This document shows, piece after piece, positions 1 to 8,282 of a stretch of 64,000 nucleotides of DNA (the stretch's first letter is position 1; each line of letters starts with the position of its first letter). A program made the translations under genes and the position numbers. The stretch is from Podarcis pityusensis (Eukaryota), in NCBI GenBank assembly GCA_964106645.2, contig OZ067041.1; one strand, 5' to 3'. Under the pieces are notes generated by a model, which ran no database searches, was not told the origin of the DNA, and worked only from the letters and a program-made list of their open reading frames with translations.

Positions 1-1
1 G

Positions 2-1093
2 GTGATTGATGTTCCCAGTGTTTTCCAGGATAACCCTAGACAACCAAGCACCTCGGAGGAGTCATCTTCTGAGGAGGAGCTGCCCCCTCAGCAGGTGGCC
101 GCTGCCAGCGACCCGGCCCCCCGTGACGACGCACCACGGGGCGGAAAGCGGAAGGCGAAGAAGCAGCACCGGTCGAAGAAAAGCAAGAAGAGGGACACTT
201 CGGACTCTGAGGAGGAAACAGGTACCTCTTCATCAGATGGGGATAGTGACACTCCAATGGAGACATATTGGGGGGAGGGGGAGGACGTTGGAGCCCCCCA
301 GTGGGTGCATGAACGGAGGGCCAACTCACACAGGAAGGCATTTAATGGCACGCTTGATTGGAAGGATGGGGCTCTGGTCCCAGACGTTAAAGTCTCAACC
401 AACGCTGCCACTGACTTTATTCTGGGGAACCACCTCTCTAAGAGGAAGAGGAACAAGATATTGAATGGCAATTACGTAGATATGTTTTCCTTGCTGCCCC
501 CAGCTCAGGTCAAGGGAAAAGGGGAAAAAATTAAGTACTATGGGAAAAGGAGGTACAGGGTACCCCGGGTAGAGCGAACGTTTGAGAATTGGCTTAATGG
601 CTATCAGGTGTTTATGGCTGTGGTGTCAAGTTGCTATCCTAAGAGGGGCGCGCACCTCGTGTCCTACCTGGCACACGTCAGGAGGGCACGGGAGCAGGCA
701 GGAGATGAAGCTGCTTTGGCGTATGATGAAGACTTTCGGAGGAATGCCTCGCTGCTGTCTTCAACGCGCTGGGACCAAAAGGACAACAATTGCTGGTTCG
801 AACATGTGGGGCTCAATATCGAGAAGAAAACCGCTCATCAGCCAAAAGCTGGTAAGGTGGAGACCCAACGCCGTAGGCAGTGCTGGGACTTCAACAAGGG
901 TATCTGTCAGCGCGTTACCTGTAAGTACCTGCACGAATGCGATAGGTGCTTAGGCAGCCACCCTGCAGTCAACTGCTTCAAAGGGAGGCAGCAGCCCTTT
1001 CGGGGGGGCAGGGGTCACCTCTCCCGGGGAAACAGGGGTGGCTCCGCCGGACCTGCAGCCCCCGCCCAAGGGCCAGCTGGGGCTCGTTACTAA
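2..1093 (+). CDS. Gag-like ORF1 (partial, open at window edge) with C-terminal CCCH plus CCHC-like zinc fingers
   Basis: CWDFNKGICQRVTCKYLHEC-DRCLGSHPAVNC motif, acidic/basic low-complexity N-terminal region, RG-rich tail; lies upstream of RT. Confidence 0.85.
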   Translation: MIDVPSVFQDNPRQPSTSEESSSEEELPPQQVAAASDPAPRDDAPRGGKRKAKKQHRSKKSKKRDTSDSEEETGTSSSDGDSDTPMETYWGEGEDVGAPQWVHERRANSHRKAFNGTLDWKDGALVPDVKVSTNAATDFILGNHLSKRKRNKILNGNYVDMFSLLPPAQVKGKGEKIKYYGKRRYRVPRVERTFENWLNGYQVFMAVVSSCYPKRGAHLVSYLAHVRRAREQAGDEAALAYDEDFRRNASLLSSTRWDQKDNNCWFEHVGLNIEKKTAHQPKAGKVETQRRRQCWDFNKGICQRVTCKYLHECDRCLGSHPAVNCFKGRQQPFRGGRGHLSRGNRGGSAGPAAPAQGPAGARY

Positions 1094-2702
1094 CATCTCC
1101 CTAGGCCTCGCGTGCTCTCTGATAAAATTGGAGCCATTGAGAGCACTCTTGAAGTTCTATCCAAATAGACGTGCAGCTCACCTACTGGAGGAAGGGTTTT
1201 CTGAAGGTTTTAGAATTCCGGTTGCTTTTACACCCAATTCCAGTTGCCCCCCTAACCAGAAATCAGTCTTAGAAAGGCCCGACATCGCGCTTAAAAAGAT
1301 ACAGAAGGAGATTACAGCCGGCAGGGTAGCCGGTCCATTCGCAACTCCGCCTATCGAGGGGCTTCATATCTCCCCGCTTGGTATTGTCCCAAAGAAGGCC
1401 CCCGGTGAATTTAGAATGATACACAACCTGTCCTATCCCAAAGGAACATCGGTTAACGACGCCATTCCCCAAGAGATGTGCACGGTGAAGTATTCTTCAT
1501 TCGATCAAGCTGTGCGGTTGGTGCGGAGCTTTGGCAGGGGCGCCTTTTTGGCAAAATGTGACATCGAGTCAGCATTTCGCCTACTCCCGGTTCACCAGGA
1601 AGACTACCGCTGGTTGGGTTTCAAATTCCAGGGAGCTTACTTCATTGACAAAGCTATGCCCATGGGTTGTTCTATTGCCTGTGCTGCGTTCGAGACCTTC
1701 AGCACATTCCTGGAATGGGCCCTAAAGTTTAGAACCGGTGCTCTAGGGGTGGGTCATTATCTCGATGATTTTATTTTGGTGGCAAGGGACGCTGGGGAGT
1801 GTAGGTCCCTCCTCCTAGCCTTCGAGTCCTTAGCCAGGGAACTGGGGGTCCCCCTGGCAGGTGAGAAGACCGAGGGTCCGGTCACTACCATGACCTACCT
1901 GGGCATTGAACTTGACACCGTAGCCCAAACCTCGCGCTTACCGGCTGAAAAATTGGTTGCCTTAAGAGAGCTTATCGGCCAAATGCTGCCCCTAAAGAAG
2001 GTCACCTTGAGACAAATTCAATCCCTCTTGGGGCACCTCAACTTTGCCTGCCGTGTAATTTCCCCCGGTCGCCCTTTCTGCGGCCGCCTGGCAAAGCTGT
2101 CCACGGGCTTACGGTCACCCCATCATAGGGTACGCATTCCCAAGGCAGTGAAGGCGGACCTCCTGGTTTGGTTGCAATTTCTGGACGGTTTCAATGGCAT
2201 ATCACTTTGGCAGGATAGTTTGGCGCTGCAGTCTGATTTCCAGGTACATTCGGATGCGGCCGGGTCCTTAGGTTTTGGGGTCTACTTCAGGGGCCAGTGG
2301 TGTGCCCAGCACTGGCCTCCCTCCTGGCAAGGTAAACCGATACTACGTGACTTGACATTCTTAGAATTCTTTCCCATCGTGGTTGCAATTCACTTATGGG
2401 AAGACCAGTTCAAGAACCATAGGGTCTGTTTTTGGACGGACAATCTAGCGGTCGTGTCAGTTTTGAATAAACAATCGTCACGCTCACCCAGAGTAGCGTC
2501 CCTTTTACGGTACTTCGTCCTCTCCTGCCTGCGGTTGAACCTTCACGCTTCAGCCAAGTTCGTCCCTGGTATTGATAATAACATCGCGGATGCTCTATCT
2601 CGTTTCCAGATGGAACGCTTTCGCTCATTGGCGCCGGATGCGCAGCAGCAGCCGCAACCATTCCCGGAGCACCTCTGGAATATTGGCAACGAGAAGCAAT
2701 AA
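1038..2702 (+). CDS. Reverse transcriptase / RNase H (pol); frame is open from 954 and overlaps gag in the +1 frame
   Basis: RT motifs SPLGIVPKK, KCDIESAFRLLP, MPMG, YLDD, YLGIELD; RNase H motifs SDAAGS, LEFFP, TDN, ADALSR. Confidence 0.95.
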   Translation: MAPPDLQPPPKGQLGLVTNISLGLACSLIKLEPLRALLKFYPNRRAAHLLEEGFSEGFRIPVAFTPNSSCPPNQKSVLERPDIALKKIQKEITAGRVAGPFATPPIEGLHISPLGIVPKKAPGEFRMIHNLSYPKGTSVNDAIPQEMCTVKYSSFDQAVRLVRSFGRGAFLAKCDIESAFRLLPVHQEDYRWLGFKFQGAYFIDKAMPMGCSIACAAFETFSTFLEWALKFRTGALGVGHYLDDFILVARDAGECRSLLLAFESLARELGVPLAGEKTEGPVTTMTYLGIELDTVAQTSRLPAEKLVALRELIGQMLPLKKVTLRQIQSLLGHLNFACRVISPGRPFCGRLAKLSTGLRSPHHRVRIPKAVKADLLVWLQFLDGFNGISLWQDSLALQSDFQVHSDAAGSLGFGVYFRGQWCAQHWPPSWQGKPILRDLTFLEFFPIVVAIHLWEDQFKNHRVCFWTDNLAVVSVLNKQSSRSPRVASLLRYFVLSCLRLNLHASAKFVPGIDNNIADALSRFQMERFRSLAPDAQQQPQPFPEHLWNIGNEKQ

Positions 2703-2710
2703 AGGGAGTA

Positions 2711-3574
2711 TTGTCTGCGCTAGCACCTTCTACCCTGAGATCGTATAATAAGGCGTGGCTAGACTTCACATCCTTCCGCATCAAAAAGGGGCGGTCCAAG
2801 CCAGGCAGGCCACCGTCCAAGTCTGAAGTCATAGAGTACATGGTCCACCTTAGAGATCTTGGCCGGGCCCCCAAAACCCTCAATATTCATTCAGCAGCTA
2901 TATCCTTCTTTTCTAAAACTTTATTTTCTGTGGATCCCTGTTCGCATTTCGTTGTGCGTAAGATGCTTGAGGGCTGGCGCAGGTCCAGGCCTCACGGCCG
3001 GGACAGGAGAAGGCCAATAACTTTAGATATACTCACCCAAATCCGTAGGAAGCTGAGGGCCCTGTGTTGGTCAAGATATGAAGCCAGGTTATTTTCAGCA
3101 GCGTTTTCTTTCGCATTTTTTGGCGCCCTACGCATAGGCGAAGTGGTTTGTGAGGACCGCGCAGCGTCCAGGGGGCTACTACTTGAGGACGTAACTGTAG
3201 ACAGGGCGCATGTAATGTTAAGAATCCGTAGTTCGAAGACTGATCAGCTTGGCAAGGGAGCCTTGGTTCGCCTCCAGGCGACTCAAAAGGCGGGCCCTTG
3301 CCCTGTAAAGGATGCTAGAAAATACCTGTGTGTAAGACCAGAACCTAGTGGCCCCTTTTTCTTGCATTCCGACGGTTCCTCCCTCTCAAAGCAGCAGTTC
3401 ACGAGGGTCATGCGCAAAGCAATTGCCGCCATCGGGCTTCCCCAAGAGGAGTACGCCGCGCACTCCTTTCGCATTGGGGCGGCGACCACCGCCGCCCATA
3501 TGGGCTTACCGGCTGAAAGAATTATGGACATGGGGCGCTGGAAATCCAACGCATTCCAGGGTTATATTCGGTAG
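2711..3574 (+). CDS. Tyrosine recombinase (phage-integrase fold); frame open from 2582, no ATG before the N-terminal domain
   Basis: Catalytic set intact: LRIGE (R), SKTDQ (K), HSFRIGAAT (HxxR), GRWKS...Y (W, Y). Confidence 0.95.
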   Translation: MSALAPSTLRSYNKAWLDFTSFRIKKGRSKPGRPPSKSEVIEYMVHLRDLGRAPKTLNIHSAAISFFSKTLFSVDPCSHFVVRKMLEGWRRSRPHGRDRRRPITLDILTQIRRKLRALCWSRYEARLFSAAFSFAFFGALRIGEVVCEDRAASRGLLLEDVTVDRAHVMLRIRSSKTDQLGKGALVRLQATQKAGPCPVKDARKYLCVRPEPSGPFFLHSDGSSLSKQQFTRVMRKAIAAIGLPQEEYAAHSFRIGAATTAAHMGLPAERIMDMGRWKSNAFQGYIR

Positions 3575-3654
3575 ACCTTCTAAATTCCCCTCAGCTTTCC
3601 CCCCGGGCACTCCTCCTGATCCGGTTCTCCGATTCTCTCTTTTCAGGTACTGGT

Positions 3655-4221
3655 GTGGTTCGACTGTGGATCCTCGGCCACAGCATCGTATATTGGGCAA
3701 AGCGGCGCGCCGAACAAAGGGGCTGGGTTGAAGAGCTACGGCTACCCAGCTGGGTCAAACTATCGTGGATCTCTAGGAGGGGTATGCGTTGGGAAGAGTT
3801 TTTCCCAGTTGTATCCAAAAAAATCGCTGCCGAGGGCCCACCCAGTGCCTTGGTCATCCAGCTGGGCGAGAACGATTTGGCGTATAGGAAAGGGGTGAAC
3901 TTGATGTGGAACATTATCAACGACTTGGAATTGTTGAGGGCATCCCATGAAAACATTACAATAATTTGGTCATCTTTGCTGGAAAGGCGATGTTGGCGGG
4001 ATGCAGAGAAACCCGTGGCTGTGAATAAAGCTAGAAGGATTGTGGAGCGCATGGTGGCACGTAGAGTGGCCGCATGGGGTGGTCGGGTCATTCAGCACCC
4101 ATGCATACGGTTTGACAAGGAAATGCTTTATCGCTGGGATGGCGTGCATCTATCTGTTGCGGGAAATGATATTTGGTTGGCTGATATTTTTCAAGGTGTT
4201 AGGGATTGGTTACAGGTCTGA
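3655..4221 (+). CDS. SGNH/GDSL-type hydrolase (esterase) ORF of the element, no ATG start
   Basis: Block I WILGHSIV, block II RGMRW, block III QLGEND, block V DGVHLS; located between YR and the 3' repeats. Confidence 0.85.
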   Translation: MVRLWILGHSIVYWAKRRAEQRGWVEELRLPSWVKLSWISRRGMRWEEFFPVVSKKIAAEGPPSALVIQLGENDLAYRKGVNLMWNIINDLELLRASHENITIIWSSLLERRCWRDAEKPVAVNKARRIVERMVARRVAAWGGRVIQHPCIRFDKEMLYRWDGVHLSVAGNDIWLADIFQGVRDWLQV

Positions 4222-4253
4222 GGGTATTGGCGGCGAGCCGGCTTGCGGCTCGG

Positions 4254-4647
4254 TGGCGGTAGGCATTGGCCGGGGTATTGTCATGCAGATGAGGTTGGGG
4301 GGGAGGAACGCCATCACCTCCCCCAATGCTTGAAGGGTAGTTCGTTAAAGGACTCCGAGGGGCGACGCCTCGTCCGAAACCTACGGAGGCTAGGGCCTAA
4401 AGCGCGCCCCCGAGCGGTAACCCCTCGGGGAGCGCCTAGGGATACGCATCTCGGGTGGCTCCCCCTGTTGGTGTTTAACCCTTCCCGGTCAGACCGGATA
4501 GTCGGTTAGGGGCCAATGCCTAAAGCCAATACCCTTCATTTCCTGTAATCAATAAAGTTGTGGCCATTTTCGCCCATTAACCTAAAACGCTGTGTCCGTT
4601 GTCTTTATTTATTCCACCTGTGGGGGGGGGAGGGAATAGCCACACAA
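4254..4647 (+). repeat. Split direct repeat B1 (394 bp)
   Basis: TGGCGGTAGGCATTGG...GCCACACAA, matches 5039-5432 at offset 785 with no difference seen by eye; AATAAA at 4551-4556. Confidence 0.95.
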
Positions 4648-5038
4648 TGCCCCTTCCGATCGTCAGGAGGAGGGGGGGTTGTGGGATCACGACCCCGCCC
4701 ACTCTCGCTCTCCCGAGGCTGGCGCCAGCCTCGCGGGAGGCAGGGATTCCCCCAATTAGCATCCCCTGTGGCGCCAGCCAATTGGCTGGCGGCAGGGGCG
4801 GGCCTTAGAAAGGCCACTTAAGGTCGGGGAAGCCCTGGCTTGCCCCTTTTCACCCTGGAGACGACGCGGTTTCCCACCCACCCGCCCTTTAGGTTTTGCC
4901 ACTGACATTGCTATGGGCTTCGGCTGGTCGCCGCAAGGGGCCTGGTAGGAGTTTTTCCATTTGGCTAATTGGCTGGTTTTGTGAGCCACTTGGTTTTTTC
5001 GCCTACCTCGTAGCAAATCGTCACAACTCCCTCGGTTT
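4648..5038 (+). repeat. Putative repeat A2 (expected copy of the element's 5' terminus; promoter-like)
   Basis: Unique segment between B1 and B2 as in the A1...B1A2B2 architecture; GC boxes and CCAAT motifs; A1 is not in the window so identity is unverified. Confidence 0.75.
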
Positions 5039-5432
5039 TGGCGGTAGGCATTGGCCGGGGTATTGTCATGCAGATGAGGTTGGGGGGGAGGAACGCCATC
5101 ACCTCCCCCAATGCTTGAAGGGTAGTTCGTTAAAGGACTCCGAGGGGCGACGCCTCGTCCGAAACCTACGGAGGCTAGGGCCTAAAGCGCGCCCCCGAGC
5201 GGTAACCCCTCGGGGAGCGCCTAGGGATACGCATCTCGGGTGGCTCCCCCTGTTGGTGTTTAACCCTTCCCGGTCAGACCGGATAGTCGGTTAGGGGCCA
5301 ATGCCTAAAGCCAATACCCTTCATTTCCTGTAATCAATAAAGTTGTGGCCATTTTCGCCCATTAACCTAAAACGCTGTGTCCGTTGTCTTTATTTATTCC
5401 ACCTGTGGGGGGGGGAGGGAATAGCCACACAA
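5039..5432 (+). repeat. Split direct repeat B2 (3' terminus of the element)
   Basis: Matches 4254-4647; AATAAA at 5336-5341 followed by a GT/T-rich tract; AT-richer host DNA begins at 5433. Confidence 0.95.
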
Positions 5433-5619
5433 GCCTCAAATCCACCTCAATACCAATAAAGTGCCTGAAGTGAATAAGGTTGGAATGAGAGGGGAAAGTG
5501 ACCTATGGTGAGGGAACAGATGAGGGCCTGAACTGCGTGGCACACACAATACATTAGAGTAACTCACAACTGTAAATTGCTGAGAACAGGGAATGAGACT
5601 CTCCATCTAGCACAATCCA

Positions 5620-6340
5620 GTCACTTGTACTGATGGACTGTTCACCAAGAGCACATCTGCTTATTATGATTAGCCCTCACCCAGTCCATGTGAACACACC
5701 AGGATCCAATGTTGAGAAGCAAAACTTTATTTCATCAGTATACTGGCAACACCCATGTCCAAATCTCCCAGTGACCTCTCCCAGTGGTTTCATAGAAACA
5801 CGGAACTTTGTGGTACTTCTCAGGATTAAGAGTCATTGTGCTGAACACCAGCACACCAGTCCCACTTTCTGGAACAGACCTATCAGACAGGAGTGTAACT
5901 GCTTTTAGACAGCGCCTCCAACCTTATCTAGGGCAGGCAACCCAGAAGGATACCACTGGCTGATGCTATTGAACAGTACTGAAAGGTCCAAGAGAACCAG
6001 CAAGGAAGCACTTTCCTGTTGCTCTCCCAGCAAAGGTCATTCACTAGGCTGACCCAAGCCATTGCTGCCCCCAAATCAGGCTGGGAGCTGCAATGAAAGG
6101 GGTCTAAACAAATCTGTACCGTCCAGCAATGCCTTCAGCTGAACAGCCACAAGCTGCTGAAATGTTGTATCACCAAAAAGCCAAGAAAGATTAACTACTG
6201 GTTTATAGCTGGCTGAATCAACAGGTCCAGAGAAGGCCTCACTACTCCCTCCTTCAAGGCAGCCAGAACATCTCCCTCTCTCAGTCAAAGCCTTCTGGAC
6301 CCAACTAGCAATTCTCATGTAGCTTGATTTCACCAGCCAA
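5620..6340 (-). mobile_element. Old degraded L2/CR1-group LINE RT relic
   Basis: Minus translation DSASYKPVVNLSWL...QLKALLDGTDLFRP resembles the NYRPVSNL...LDPFQSGFRP region of L2 RT; boundaries approximate. Confidence 0.5.
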
Positions 6341-7544
6341 GATGGGCAATGGTCAAGCAGACAGGTGACAGGCTACAACTCTCCAACCACACTGCTCTTC
6401 ACTTTTTTAAAAAAAACCTCTTCAAAAATTGCATTTTCCCAAGATGGCAAAAAGCAGCTAAGAAAAATGACCCACAGGCAGTGACGTAGGTGCTTCTATC
6501 CACCCAGCGAGCACTCCTGACTGCAGCTTCCAGCTTAAGAGAAAAACATAACCAAGGCCACACTTGTGGAAGCATTCATGCAAGCAAACATCACAAGTAG
6601 CTAGGCCTAGGTTAAGGTTGCAGAATTGTACCTTCCCACCTCCCTCCTTCCTGCAGCTGGTCTTGCCTGTGGTTAAGCAGTGTCAGCAGCAATGCTAACC
6701 ACACAAGGTTTGAAACCAAGTGTTTTTGAAATGGTTAGTACATTTGGCAGCATTGCCCCAAGTCTCTGTGCCCTCTTTACGTCTCCCAGAAGATGCCCCA
6801 TGCCCAGGCATCCACAACTTCTAGTCAATGCCCTTTGTTGTGGTTCTTTGGTCCTGTTGGTTGGGAATGTTGGACCACCATAGAAAAAAAGAGGTTTGCC
6901 AACATGCTCAGCATAGAACAGCATGTTGTTGCAGTGCTTGGGAACTGAACCCTTAATCCATAAACTACCATATACCCTAATTCAAAGAGGCAGGCTACAG
7001 AATGCAGCCAGTCTTTTTCTCTACAAGGTGCCAATTCATTCTCATTTAACACCACCTCTCTATAGGGCCCTCCTGACAACCTATTTATTGAGTGATCACC
7101 CTGATTTGCTTGCACAGAGTTTACATAGAGGTTAAACTGCTTTTAAAATTAATTTTACTGTACGTATCAGATGTATACAATATAACATAATAGTATGAGA
7201 TAACAGTGGTCCTATTACAGTGGACCCCAAAATGCTTATGGTACTATAATTTCTTGAATTCTGTTGCATCAATATGTGACAAACATGCTCCAATTTTCAA
7301 TAAAAAGGTTGCTTAGTTGCCTGCCCTCTCTCCTAACGAATTAGTTAACTTCACCATATAAACTATGTCCCAGATCCTTAAAATCCACTCTTCTAATGTT
7401 AATTCCCAGTTTGCAAGAATTGTGATACCTGCTGCTCTCAAGAGGTTATTATCATTTCTTCAGATAGGACTAGGTCTTTTACACAGTTAAATAATACAAC
7501 TGATGAATCTAATGGTAGTTTATATCCCCAGAAAGATCACTCAC

Positions 7545-7584
7545 CCGGTATCACACCCCAACAGCATTCTGGGATACTGAAAAC
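7545..7584 (-). other. Candidate 40-nt internal exon of the minus-strand host gene
   Basis: Minus strand tttctcacAG|GTTTTCAG...GATACCGG|GTgagt: good acceptor and consensus donor. Confidence 0.4.
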
Positions 7585-7904
7585 CTGTGAGAAACATCTG
7601 CTTTAGAAAATCTGAGGTAGGTAAGACATAAAAAAAGCTGCACTATCACCATAGAAACAGAAACTAACAATTACACAATCCACATAATTAAGACAGCCAC
7701 TTTTCAATAAGCATATTTGTTTCTTTTGGCAGAGTTACTTGTTTGGTGTTTGCTTAAGATATAAAATTAGATTCCTTTGTGATCTCAAGACATCCATCCA
7801 TCCAGAGTGTAATTAGAAGGCAAAGAGGCAACATTACCAGGTTGTTCTACCAGGTGTACCTAAATTGCAGAAAGATCTCTCTATCTAAGATTGCTATTAT
7901 TCTC

Positions 7905-8282
7905 CCTGGGCAAGTTCAGCTCTCCACATTTCCACCTGAATTTGCAACTTGGTAAAAAAGCCCTTATTTGCCAGCATTTTAGTATGAATTTCTCTCCATG
8001 CTATTTTTTTATTTTTGCCTAATATACACATTTTTGCAAAGCAATTTTCTCTAATAAAGTGCATGTTTGTATGTCATTTCCACCAATATATGCATTTTTA
8101 TGCACACTGAACCCTATGCATTTATGTACACATTAGGTGGCTGGAGAATTGCATTGCAAAATCTGGAGAAGTGCAAAATTCGAAGGATGGATATGATTTG
8201 GTTCGCATGTTGTTTCAGAAAGCTTGAATCAGGTAGGTTTGCCTTTGAATGCAAACCAAATCAAATTTCTCCCCAATCCCTA
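7905..8282. mobile_element. Old AT-rich non-autonomous DNA-transposon-like repeat (related pieces at ~21440-21826, 42545-42846, 45210-45410, 48330-48560)
   Basis: Shared motifs atatatgcattttt, attgcaaaat..gaaagtgc and aatttctcccc.atccct among the copies. Confidence 0.5.

Larger units (their letters stand above)
1..5432 (+). mobile_element. Ngaro-type (DIRS order) tyrosine-recombinase retrotransposon, 5' end outside the window
   Basis: Order gag - RT/RNase H - YR - SGNH hydrolase followed by split direct repeats B1-A2-B2; no methyltransferase domain and no terminal ITR/ICR as in DIRS1; no in-frame stops in any ORF. Confidence 0.93.

Noticed and set aside
4285-4384. Hammerhead ribozyme in repeat B (stem GGAC/GTCC followed by GAAAC; CAGATGAG nearby)
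   Set aside because: The required CUGANGA box directly 5' of stem II is absent (it reads CGTTAAA), and CAGATGA is misplaced and non-consensus
4243-5294. ORFs inside the B and A repeats and antisense ORFs over the element
   Set aside because: No recognisable motifs; explained by GC richness and repeat duplication
1-5432. Classification as a DIRS1-type element or a phage/bacterial integrative element
   Set aside because: Split direct repeats, no ITR/ICR and no methyltransferase point to Ngaro; the flanks are vertebrate DNA
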